A stretch of 60,457 bases of DNA, the filler included, from Dirinaria sp. TL-2023a (taxonomy: Eukaryota), in the NCBI GenBank assembly GCA_051941275.1. It is 9 parts of 9 records of this genome, joined end to end, with 100 filler letters (N's around TTAATTAATTAA, not from the genome) between each part and the next. Parts side by side here need not be neighbours in the genome. Positions count along the whole stretch, not along the records: positions 33,692 to 40,311 come from JAVEBF010001449.1; positions 40,412 to 47,030 come from JAVEBF010001450.1; positions 47,131 to 53,745 come from JAVEBF010001451.1; 6 more parts are not named here. One strand, 5' to 3'. The translations under genes were made by a program, and so were the position numbers. Below are positions 37,905 through 51,423 of this stretch, one piece after another (the stretch's first letter is position 1; every line of letters begins with the position of its first letter). The notes under the pieces were generated by a model. It saw nothing but the letters and a program-made list of their open reading frames with translations, had not been told where the DNA came from and searched no databases.

Positions 37905-38079
37905 GTACAATACCATTATTCTTCATACATGGACCTTGCTTTTCCCCGCAACTCAATTTCCCCCTCTGAATTACAGAATATACGATTACCCCCCCTTAAA
38001 GCCAGAATCATCGCAGAATAGCACCTATACTGTCCGCGTGCTCACGCGAGAGCCCACCGGATTACTCACACCCTCCACA

Positions 38080-39908
<1,829 letters not shown>

Positions 39909-40311
39909 TATCTCGAAACATCTCCGGAATTGATAACAGAAAATTTCAAAAGAAGAAAAGGAAAAGAATATTTCAAAGCGCTGATAGAAGTAAAAAAGAA
40001 TTCGCGATCTTCAAAAACATGATCCTGCATATACGGAGAAGTATGTAAGTAAGCCCAAGAGGTAGAGAAAAGGGCAATTGCGTATATCAAAAAAGCTTTT
40101 TAGTCGAAAAAAAAAAAAAAAACGCTTCGGGCAACTTTTTTTTTTATCAGATAAGGAAAAGCAATTCATTATTGGCGGAAGTAGAGTAAATACCAAAAAA
40201 TTTTCGGTTAGCCGGTTTGTCATTTAAACAATTAACATATTTGCCAAGACGCTGTTATATTATCATCCTCTCTCTCATGAACTTACGTTCTAAGGAGGAG
40301 GAGGAGGAGGA

Positions 40312-40411
40312 NNNNNNNNNNNNNNNNNNNNNNNNNNNNNNNNNNNNNNNNNNNNTTAATTAATTAANNNNNNNNNNNNNNNNNNNNNNNNNNNNNNNNN
40401 NNNNNNNNNNN
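40312..40411. other. Artificial contig linker
   Basis: N44-TTAATTAATTAA-N44. Confidence 0.99.
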
Positions 40412-40449
40412 AAACAAAAATTTGAAGAAGAGGGGGGGCTAGTAATTAC

Positions 40450-40881
40450 CATTCGCTGCAGAAGAGTTTGCTGCGGCGGTGCAGGTTTGTGATGTTGAGT
40501 TCTGTCAGGAGCACGCTGGTCCAGCCCATGAACCGCTCTGATAAAGGGACTGTTCAGCTATTATTTGCTAGGTGGCCGTGTGGTAATCTTTAACCTTGAG
40601 GAGCAGCTTCGGCCCTGGTGTTTAGTTTTTTGCATGTTAGTCGAAAGCAGGTGGGCGAGGAGAAGGTGATCCAAGCTTAGGTACCCCTACCATTCACCAA
40701 TGTCGGCCAGTGTAAACAGGAGTCTGTTCTCCGCGGTCAGAGCGGTCTCGATATCGAATACTAGGTAGACTTCGTTAATGGGTTATCTGTTTTGCGAGCA
40801 GAGGAAAGCATAGTGCTTACATCCGTCCGGAAAAGGGGGATTGATGGGCTCCGTCTTCGTCAAGTTCGCGTCCTCAGCCAT
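40450..40881 (-). CDS. Multi-exon hypothetical protein, 3' truncated
   Basis: Three GT-AG introns with branch sites join an open frame MAEDANLTKTEPINPPFPDGLFDIETALTAENRLLFTLADIGEWAEAAPQERFMGWTSVLLTELNITNLHRRSKLFCSE. A fourth donor lies just before the gap. Absent from the ORF track. Confidence 0.6.
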
Positions 40882-41236
40882 GATCGCATAGGAAACGGGC
40901 AAGACTATGTAAGGTACCTGTGTGTACTCTAGTTGGGAAGAGGATCGCAGGAGAGACTGGATGTAGGGAAGGGAAGCGTCTTGGCGCTAAACAGTCTTGG
41001 TTGCACATGATGGAAGAGAGAGAGAGAGAGACAACGTCATCTTCAGAACTTACTTTATCAAAAAGAGCACGAGGAAGGCAAAAAAGGATCAGGGTCGAAA
41101 TGCCAGGGCGAATCTTGGCTTTCTTGAATCTGTCTAAAGGAGTGTGATGAAGCTACGACCTACCGTTCCTCTGCCTGCAACCTCTACATGACCTACCTGC
41201 ACTAACCAGCAAAGCAGCAACTCTTCGACTGACCAC

Positions 41237-42949
41237 CTAGAAGAGCTTATGCTCGAGCGTCATGTCTGACTCAGGCTGAAGACCAACGCAAGCTCGGAAG
41301 ATATTGGTCAGAGCCCCCCGTTGCTTGGCAAGCGCATTCACCACTGGTGTGCCAGGAGGAGTCAATGGAGCCTTGGACTGTTAGTAATTTCCTTATAGCG
41401 TTCTCGGAACAGACTTGCCTTGAGCATATAGCTGAGGATACTTAGAACGCTGTGGAACCCTTTGTAATCCTTCGAGCTACTTCCATCACCCGTACCGGCC
41501 TTCCAGCTGATGCGGGTCATCATTTCAGCAATGATAACCAGGTCGATAATCAAAGGCGATGCCAAAAGAGAATCCTCGCACACGTTGAAAAGGCTAATCG
41601 TCTGATGACCACCCATGAAGATCTCGGCGTAATACTCGTCGAGAGCTCGCTTGTTGTCCCCGACGGCTGGCATGTACTTGATAACCACGGTGTGGTCAGG
41701 GTGCTCCCCGGGCTTGTAGAGAACCGTGTTGGCCTCGACCATGTCATCCACGACGTTGGATTTGGAGATCTCCTTGGAGCGAAACTGCTTCTGGGAGCTC
41801 AGGTTCATGCCGTCATTATTGCCCAGATGGTTGTAGCTCGCAATCGAGGTAAGCTTGATCCCGGCATTGATCATGAAGTCGACCAGGGCAGATTTCATCT
41901 TGGTCTGCCCAGATTTGAAGTCATCGCCGCCGATAAAAGCCCCATGCTTCTCGGCAAGCTCGATGGCACCGGGCACGAAGGTGTTCTGTGGTGATCCATT
42001 GATGAATGGAGCCTTCTCCAGGATACAGGCGATGGCAAAGACGGTAGAAGGAGCGACTTCCTCATGGCCAGATTCAACCGCCTTAATGAGGTTCTCCGCA
42101 GTATCATTGACGCCCTTCACGACGTCTGCGTAGCGCTCGGTGTTAGCTGTCCATTGAACAATGACTTTATTGAGCCCGTTAGACTCCTTGAAAGCACTGC
42201 AGGCCAGATTAGCGTTCATCAGCATGTACATCGAGTATAGCTCACCGAATGTCCTGGCGAATCTGTTCGACATGGGCCATGCAAGCCTTATCGCCTTTGA
42301 GCACATTATCCGCCCGGTCACCTTGATTAGCAGCAATAAAGTCCGGATAGTATGGGCTCGGAAGAGGCTTCATCTCGGCCATCTCTTTCTTGACGAGAGC
42401 CTTCAGAGTCGGCTCCAAAACAGCGGCTCTGTCCATGGCCTGAGCAAGGTTCATACTGCTAATGTCCCATCCCCCAATCACCAGGTCGTTCGGATGTACC
42501 ATGGGTAGGACATCGTGGAACGGGACGTTGATCTCCTTTCCGGTCTTTGCTTCAGTGCCAAGCTTCATAGTAGATCCCATGACCACGGAACCGTAGTAAT
42601 TGGCAGCCCGAGGACCTTCCCGGGTATCCCAGACCAGACCACGGCGGTTGGCGATGATACCGGCAGTGACAGTGGTACCGTTGTTTCCGCCCCATCCAAC
42701 AAGCATCATGCCAACCTTGCCGATTTTCCGATCGACCTTGAAATCATACACGGTCTCCTTGGGCGTGGCCACATACTTGCCATTGCCGGCCTGAGTGACC
42801 GAAGTGGTGCGATAGGTGTACTTGGTCTTGATCTCGCTCTCCGTGTATTCGACATTGGGCGACTCGACAGTGAAAAGGTCGGTCTTCTCACCATTTGCAT
42901 GGCTCGAGCCATTGGTGTACCCGTTGAGCCCGACGGCGTGCGGGGCCAT
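41237..42949 (-). CDS. INO1: Myo-inositol-1-phosphate synthase
   Basis: [36 protein letters not shown] and terminal LEHKLF*. Introns 42197-42245 (GT-AG) and 41372-41418 (GC-AG). Confidence 0.97.
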
Positions 42950-45344
42950 TGTGTCTGATCGAGTGTATTACAACCGGCTCGACTTATAATCTTTACTTGG
43001 TGTAAGGAGAGTCCGATGCACCACCTGGTGAGGCAGAGCGTCGGGATCCGTTAAACGGATGGTGGACCCTGGACATCCAGACGTCAGTTAAAACGCACGT
43101 TGATGGTTTGACAAATCTTCTTTTGAGCCACAGCATCCCATAGGGTCTCCTCAATGTGATACCACCAGGCAGTGTCTGTATAGGAAAAAGATTGTTGCTG
43201 AAGAAATGAACAGCTCTAGGAACGACTTACGAGTTAAGGAGATTGGAAAACGTCTTGACTGTGACCGCACTGGCAGTGCGATCGGGTGAGTGGTAGAATA
43301 ACAGAAGCCGTTGCCTTTGAAATGGATATCACAGAGTCTGGCGCAGTTGATTTCTGTTTCTCAGCACGGTGCAAAGACAAGAATGATAGAGATTCTATTG
43401 TGAAGTCGAGGTAAAATTTCCCCCAACTCCGTTACCCCTCGGTCACATGCTTCTCCCCCCCACCTTTTGTGTCCTGCTAGTGCTCCGGCAACGGAGCTTC
43501 TCATCCTTCACCGCATTCCGAGGCCCTGGGGTACCTCACAGTACCTACTTAAGGTATTCACTGGTTATTATTACTACCTTATTACTCCACCGCAGTACTT
43601 CTGGACAGTCACTATCGGGCTCCGGCACATTATTATCGACCTGACCCATCCCCACTGCCTTGGGACCTCGGGCATCTCTGCTTCGAGAGAGTGGCGACTG
43701 GCGAGTCTGCGTAGGATCGGCTGTTGTGCGAGTGGATTACCGAAAGTTCTGGACAAGACAATTTCTCCGAAGTGGCTTTATTGGAATGGTAAATCCCTAC
43801 TCCAGGGTTGTTGGATAAGAGCGTCAATAATAATACCTTATCAATAATTGATTGCCGGCAAGTCCTGACCTGGTGGCGATGGCAGAGACTACTGCAAGAC
43901 TGACCTCGCTTACTCCTCTTTGCGCCCACAACTGGACGGTAACGAGTTTTTGGTAGAAGCAGCGAAAGACTAGGTGGTTGGATCTAGCCAGCTCTACCTT
44001 AGGTCTCTATGATCTGTACATGAATCTAACCCGGTCGGTTTGATTTCGCAATATGGCCGACCTTAGGATAGGGGTCATCATCCCGTCCGGGTAGACGTGG
44101 TTGATGTTCGGTAGCTTTTGGTCTTTTGGAGCGTAGCAGGAAATCTTGGCATGATGGGAAAGCGACCACTTGCTGTCCGGTTGCTGAGGTTCCTTCTGGC
44201 CCCTTGCCCGATCGGCAGGGGCAGCAGCTGTTTTGGGAGTCTTGGCTGCTGCAAGCTTCGAACCCTGGGTCACGCTGGGTGAGGCTAGAGGTGACCTGCA
44301 GCATTAGACTCCGCTACAGAATCTCGTGGCGTCGAGGCATGCGCGCTAAAACAGGGCTTATTTGCCCTCGTTAGTCCTTACCATCATCTTCACAGCGGTT
44401 CAACCTCAGGTATTTGGATCATGGAGGAATCAATGGTGAAGGCCAGGGCATGTTCGGGGGAGAATCCAGGTTGCCCGACTCTGCTCTACTCATGCATTGG
44501 GTGGAAACTGGAATGGAGACATTACCTTGGCTGAATGATTGGCGTGCATGCAAACAACTAGAATACCTTACTTTTTGGTGGGGAATCAAACCATCAAAGC
44601 CGTAGCAAATCTTCCCGATGCCTCCTCGATTGGAGCGTGTCAAACCGAAACTTCTGCAACGTTGCTGATCATGTCATGCACTCGATACTGTACCCAGCGC
44701 CAAAACAAATAACCCTAGAACATTCTGGGTGTCGGTGAAACCAAATCGTGCTGAAGGAATTGGCGTATCAGCATGGTCGATGATGCCCCTCGCAGCTGCT
44801 CAAAGCGTTCCAACTGCCACCATCCACCACACTGGGTACTGGGTTCGATTTTTTTTCCCCCTTCTCCGATATCGTTCCTCAGGTACCCATCAGCAATTTA
44901 CCGCCGTGTTCACTCCTCGTCGTGTGTGAAATTACGGGACAAGGACTAAAGGCACATTGTAAATGAACTGATCGACAATAAATGAAGATATCGCACCAAT
45001 CCTCCCGTCGCTGCTAAGTAAGCGTCCGTCACAATCAGTGTCATCTCAATTTCCCGCCGCGGCAGTCCTCGAATGATGGAGCTTCATTACCCTGTCACCG
45101 ACCTGTGCTAGTTGTACCTCGGCGCCTACCCAATCCGTCACCTGAGCTCCCTGTAGCTACCCCAGAGGAAGCTTCTCGATGTTCGCTGGCCGGCATCGTA
45201 CCACAGCTCGGAACCTTGGGTGTTCGCGAGACAAGAGAAGGCTTCATCGGAACAAAAACGGGCTGTCGCAGGGGTGCATGCCTCTGCCCTCGAGCTCCTC
45301 TGTTCACATCAGGACGAGTGTGCGAGAGAAAGTCTGCAAACAAC

Positions 45345-47030
45345 ATGGCCTACGCCACCAGGGGAGCGAGCATGCTCCCGAGCATCAAGTGCTCGAGTTG
45401 CGGCGTTGAGATCGAGATATCGATGATGGGGGACCATGCCTGTTCGCAGGGTATGTTCAACCTCGAAATGGGACTGTCGATAATGATGGATCATGCTGAC
45501 TCGCTATAGCTTCGTCAATCCCCGAACTACTTCGGCTGCAACAGCCATCGGCCACCCCTTTCGCTCCTTTCAAATACACCAAGATTGATCAGAGAGGCTT
45601 GAGGATCGCCACCCCGGAGAGCAATACCTCTTTGACGAGTAAGTGATTGTGGATAGACCAAGGGGGCCCTAGCTAACAGATATAAAAGACCGTTCATATC
45701 GACCTACTGCCTTTGCTCCAAGCAGGCCTTCAAACCTTTCACAAACAACCTCCCCTAACTCCGCCGAGCGTCAAACCCCCCTGCCTCTATTCCAAGGAAG
45801 TGCAACACTCCCCACTACACCTCCATCGCCAGAAGCTACCTCGCAAGACTCTGCTTTTCCCATCTTTCCGGTGGCCAAGCCGCGCAGTGCTACGCCCACA
45901 ACCCCATCCGACTCCACTCGGTCGCTTGTCTCCGATGTGCGCAATAATCAGACGCAGCGAGACCAATTTGGTGTTTTTGCTCCACTCAGCCCAAGACGCC
46001 TGGGTGGGGATGATGTTATGAACCGGCTCAAAGCACTCGCCCCAGGGCCATTTGATACGGATAAGAGCAGGGATTACCGAGGCCATAAGAAGACCTCAAC
46101 TGCCAGCAGCATTGAGGACTTTATAAGATCGCCCAACCAGCATTCGGCACGGTCTAGCGGCAATACGGGACATTCGAGGAATGACTCGCAGTCCAGCACA
46201 GCGAGCGGGCTAGTGCGAAAGAGGTCTGCAGAGCGGCGACAACATCCAATGCCATCCACTGGCCTTTTTGCTCAGGGGCGGTCTGGATCAGCGGATTCGT
46301 ACAGAGCAGGATCTTCAGGTGATTCAACAAAGACGTCCCAGCCAATGCCATCGTTGGGACAGATTGGGCGGTCGCAGACATCACCTTTGGAGATTGGAAA
46401 GTCTGGAGAGTTCGAAAGCATAGCGGAACGGACCCAGGCGAAACCGTCGAAGCATCGCCCAACGCCTTCTTTAGCAGCAGCTATACGGCCTCTCGATGAG
46501 ATCGGAAGTATGAGCTCATTCAAGCCCTCTCGATCACTGCGCAATCGTAGACCACCGGCCACGACCGAAACCCCAGAACCGATGCCCACGTCCCAGTCGG
46601 AAAACAAGGCCGACCAACGGCATCAAGACACGCCTCCGGTGCCAAAACCCAGTCGCGCTCTAGATTTCGGGATTGGAAACCCGTACCATTTCTCTACAGA
46701 ATCGAACTCCTCAAACGACTCCGCCGGCTCGGATATCCGCACTGCCAGCTCACGTTCGAGTCCACCACTGAACGAGTCGCCACAGAGAACGAAGAAGGCG
46801 GACACAAGTCGCCTCGATAAGCTCATGAGTGGATTCCCGCTGAACCTCGAAAACAGCTCCTCGTCACCCGAAGAGCCGGCCCCGGCACCAGCTCGACGTG
46901 TGAACCCTCCACCCAGCTTCAGCCGTCCTCTCTATAACCGGCCAGTGGAACCACAGCCGCGAGATCAAGACCTGGATCGAGATCCGGTTCCAGCACCACC
47001 AAAACCTCCACCACCTCCCTCTTCACATTC
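45345..47030 (+). CDS. Paxillin-like LIM-domain protein (Pxl1-type), N-terminal part
   Basis: N-terminal LPSIKCSSCGVEIEISMMGDHAC followed by a long S/P/R-rich region, with two introns. The LIM domains themselves are not seen and would lie beyond the contig end. Confidence 0.7.
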
Positions 47031-47130
47031 NNNNNNNNNNNNNNNNNNNNNNNNNNNNNNNNNNNNNNNNNNNNTTAATTAATTAANNNNNNNNNNNNNN
47101 NNNNNNNNNNNNNNNNNNNNNNNNNNNNNN
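47031..47130. other. Artificial contig linker
   Basis: N44-TTAATTAATTAA-N44. Confidence 0.99.
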
Positions 47131-47435
47131 CAGGATGCAGTCGCCTGCTAAATAGACCAGGCCTGCTCCATAGCGCAAATTGGTAGGCCGGCATCGCATG
47201 GACTTGCCTCTGATCGGGCACATTGATGACTCCATGCGATATGCCTGGTGCGGTACCGTGGAAAAGTCAAAATACCTGACCAGAACCAAAATTTCATAGT
47301 GCCAAAACCATAGGAAAATCCATAATAAATGTCTAACGCGACGATCGTATTACTTCTCTGTTCTGGAAGTTTGTCTTCGCCGAGATTCTCTAGTTTTTCT
47401 GCTCCCCAGTATGTGTCTGATACTCGAATGACTTA

Positions 47436-49190
47436 CTATATATTACCGTAGCTATTAGCACAACGCCATCTATTGACATCATGAATTCCTACCCTACTAA
47501 GATTTCGAAAAATATCCTGTATCCTCGATAGAATGACAGGCACTTTGCGAATTGTATGGTTGTAGGACCAATCTATCACTTGCTTCTGCTTTCGGATTTT
47601 GACTTTCATTAAAGGCCACATGCTAGATAAAGTCAAAACGGCGAAGCTTAGCGGTAGATTAATGATCCAGAAGACGCCAAAGTTCTTTGCCGTGACTAAA
47701 GTATGAGTATCCATGTCGAAATCGAAGAATGAGAATCCGAATACCGTCTTCATAATTTTAGCCTTTTCTTGCGCTTTTCACAGAACGATATAGTCACCAC
47801 CTACAGCTACTGCGGTGATTGAAAGAAATATCATTGTCATAATGGCAATGATCCTCATTGTCTCACTATCTTCTTTTAATGAGTGACTATCTCTCTGATT
47901 AACGATATTGAACGTCTACATCTAGATTAGTTTCTAGAGAGCGTGCGTTCAATAAGATCTTACGCACAAGATTGATCAAATTTTGCATCAAGCTCTTCAT
48001 GCCAGCGACTCTTAGTACAAGATCTTCAAGTAATGTGAACTTGTGAAGAAGTAATTCGTGAACATTATTCACAAGCTCCGATCTTTCGAGAGATCAAGTC
48101 TTTCTTAGCAATTTCTCGTGGCTCTTACAAAGATGTTGAACTAACGCGAGTGCGGCATCACTGCTTTCTTTGAGATATATAACGTGTTTTGATACGTTGT
48201 GCAAGCCGACAAAATCGAATCCTTTCTCTGTCAGTGTTAGCTCCCCACTAGCTGCGAGGAGGACTTGCTAATAAAGTTGATTAGCTCTCTGACCGCCAGG
48301 ACTCTCTGAATAACTCACTTCTTCCATGTAATTCAGCACACTCAACACTTTGTTGATAGTCAAACTTGTATCAAGAAAGATGTTTTCAGCGACAATGACT
48401 AGCAGACCGAAGGGATCCATCACGGCTTGTCTCCAGTCAGGCCGTGAACAGAGCCCCTGCAAATGAGCTCTCAAATTGTGTGTAGGACTAAATATAATAA
48501 GTGTTACATCGGACTTATACAAAGCATCGGCAAATGGCTGCTTCCACCTCAAAAAATAACCAGATCGTAGCCAGGTCCAGTCTCCTTGGTTTTGCCTGGT
48601 ACCTCGCGGATCTTGAATGAACGGAGTTCCATCCTCTTCAAAGCGGAGCTCGATATTCTTGCACAGAGAGTGAGCCCAGCAAACTGTGATTGTCAGTGTC
48701 ATATCGCGGGAAGCAAGCCACGCTAGATCACCATAAGTCTGATCTTGGTCAATATATGAACCGAAGGAATGGGTGACGGTTTGCATTCGCTCCAGCATGA
48801 ATTCCGTTGGTATACGGAAAATTTTGTATAAGTTCTGCAAGCTATGCCATCGCGCGGGCCTTTTCGGACTGAAATAGTCCAATGGTGCAAAACTACAAAT
48901 GTTTAGTACTTGGCAAAGCGCAATTCCTGGAGGCAAAAGATTACACCACCCTCAATTGTTTCGCAGGTCTCTCTAGCAGTCTCTTGACACTCAGCTCTGT
49001 GGATGGATGAGCTGTGAAATGACGGTTAGTCTCAACAGTCGCGCAACAATTCCATAGGAGGGTTCTTTCCTGATGGCCATTCTAGTAGTGTGACCATACA
49101 CCCGTCTGCTCCGTTTACGACGTTCTGCGGTGCAGGCTCCCCTAATTCAGCCGCGGTGAACAGTCTCGTGTTATAGACAAATGAAGCCAT
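47436..49190 (-). pseudogene. Fungal CorA-like membrane protein with an in-frame stop
   Basis: Multi-exon. FDFVGLHNVSKHVIYLKE, MQNLINL, DSETMRIIAIMTMIFLSITAVA-TVFGFSFF and a second TM segment FWIINLPLSFAVL. In-frame TGA at 48096-48094. Confidence 0.75.
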
Positions 49191-49654
49191 AATAGTCAAT
49201 TGACCAATTAACTCGCACTACAGAGAACGGTAAGAGTCGGAACTTTATCCGCTTCGGGTGAATTCGTTATCTATATGAGTGTCAGGCAACCAGCAGCGAG
49301 CTTACATTGGTCTGTGATCAGCAGCATTGCAGTGCCTAGCTGGGCTAGGGGGAAGTGTCTTGATGCCTTGGCACATATGCAGCCACGTGCAGGCCACCAA
49401 GCCAGCGACTTGGTTACCTATCTTACCACTTGGTGTTCAGGGTCGTAACGCATGAAGGTCAATCATGCTGCCACGGGTGCGCATTGAAGGTCATCGATGC
49501 AATCGCTTATATGCAGTCAGCTGACCTAGAACATGTCGTCTTCTAGGTCGTACAATCTAGAGACTCATTTCTTATGCCTTCCCGATGCAGTTAGCAGCAT
49601 GGGCAGTATGTTTTCGGCAGTGTGCTTCGCAGTGTGCGTGGATGAATAAGGTAC

Positions 49655-49965
49655 TTACAGCACCACCTTTGACTTTCACGATTGCTTCATTATCGCATTC
49701 GATATCGCATTGCGGAAGCGCTTTTCCCTCCCATCCACTCCAGGTATCGGAAGCATAGATAGACAGAATTATTTGCGTTAGGAGTGGCATGTTTTGAGGC
49801 AGTTGTCATTTGCTAGATAGACGCCGCGAGGTTCAAAACTAGTATCCATGACTGTTGCCAAATGCTTGTCCCAGGGGGCATCGAAAGCACTTCTGCAGAT
49901 CAGCCGTCAGTGGTGCATACTGTTTCGAGCATTTCATTTGTGCATCATTGCAGCGGTTTCTGTCA
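49655..49965 (-). pseudogene. Copy C of the dispersed degenerate coding repeat
   Basis: DLQKCFRC...SKHATPNANNSVYLCFRYLEWMGG/KALPQCDIECDNEAIVKVKGGA with frameshifts, followed by an intron-like GTAAGT...GCTAAC...AAG. Confidence 0.75.
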
Positions 49966-50019
49966 TTTCTGTCGACCCTGCACATCTACTTAGTCTGACA
50001 GCGTTGCTGCAGCATCGAG

Positions 50020-50545
50020 CGTCAATTGTGCATAAACGACTAATGTCGGGCGTTCGATCATACACCGTAATAGCGATTAGATTCTCTGTGCAAGTTGGGT
50101 ACCTTTAAGTAATTCAATATCGATTTTGTACGAAGGACCACCTAATAGGTCCTAGCTAGTGTTGTTTATGCCTGGTCAGCCGAAAGTCGCTTTGAAGATG
50201 ACTCAAGGTTATCACTCGGACATCAGCTTGCTGCCCAGGGCTCAGCTGTGATCCTCAAGGCGCAACTCTACTCATTTAGACGACACAGCTCTTGTACTAG
50301 CCAGAGCTTATGGCGGGAACCTAATTGGTACCGACCGTTGATCATGCATAGACTAATGTCGGGCGTTCGATTATACATCCCTGATCGCGCATTACATTAT
50401 CTATGTAAATCTTGCCCGTCTAATCATTTTAATAGCATTGTTAGTTCTCCGTACTCCGTGATACCGAACGTTGATCATGCATAGACTAATGCCGGGCGTT
50501 TCGATTATGCACTTTGACAGCGAACTATATTACGCGTGTAAGTCC
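50020..50545. repeat. Three imperfect direct repeats of about 75 bp
   Basis: Core GACTAATG(T/C)CGGGCGTT(T)CGAT at about 50038, 50351 and 50484. Copies 2 and 3 also share CGTTGATCATGCATA. Confidence 0.85.
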
Positions 50546-50906
50546 TGAATGCCTTATTGGTCCAGCAGTGCCCAGGGGCTATGACGCGGCAACGAACATT
50601 CACTAGAGGGCACACGGCTCTGCTCTCGCAGGCTGAAGAGTTCAGTAGGTATAAAATTCACCATCTGTTCGCACACAGCAAATCTTTCCTTCCAATGCAA
50701 TTTCACAGTGACATTGATCATCTCCCAGCTGGCACTTCACATTATTTATTACATCTAAGCACATCCATCCGATTTCCAGGCGCTAATCTCATATTAAGCT
50801 TTTAACCCAGCACACTATCGACTACAGCTTCTGCTACGAAAAGACACCAGTGGCTTGGGAGTCAGCACTTGGTCCCTCAGATATCCTCATATGGACAAAG
50901 TCTAGA

Positions 50907-51191
50907 ATGCCCGAAAAATCTTCTAAATCAGATCGGAAAAAGGGTCAAACCAGCTCTACGGCAGGATCAGCAACAGGGTTTTCCAATGACGCCTACGACT
51001 TCTTCGACCCCACTGAAATACCGCCCAAGGATCTAAGATCTTCTGCGAGCGGACAGAAAGGTAACAAGTCGGGCTCTTCTGCGAGCGGCCAGAAAGGTAA
51101 CAAGTCGGGCTCTGGAAAGAAACCACAGAAAGAGCCCACTAAACCCATTAGTAAAGACGCCTACGAGGACTTCGATCCAACCGGGATATAA
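50907..51191 (+). CDS. Small low-complexity protein or uORF with internal repeats
   Basis: 94-codon ORF with a 36-bp tandem duplication at 51039-51110 (SSASGQKGNKSG x2) and the repeated motif DAYDFFDPTEI/DAYEDFDPTGI. Confidence 0.5.
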   Translation: MPEKSSKSDRKKGQTSSTAGSATGFSNDAYDFFDPTEIPPKDLRSSASGQKGNKSGSSASGQKGNKSGSGKKPQKEPTKPISKDAYEDFDPTGI

Positions 51192-51423
51192 AAAGCGTGG
51201 CCTGTTGAGCTCTTCCTAACGGTGTTCTGCAGGAGCCATACAGTAAGTTCTCCTGTCCCTAGTTGATTACTAGCCGTTTACATACATAAGCCAAGTAATT
51301 TCTCGAGCAGCAAAAGCCACGAGCAGCATCACCTTTGGAACGAGAGGCACCCTAGGCTCAGCAAGTAATTTATATACCGTGCCTCGGACCTTGGTGTGGG
51401 TCGGTCAATAACTTACAGTCGAC

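Noticed and set aside
49013..49100. Possible non-canonical GA-AG intron (GAAAGA donor) in the CorA-like gene
   Set aside because: A canonical GTATGG donor in the same phase lies 30 nt upstream.
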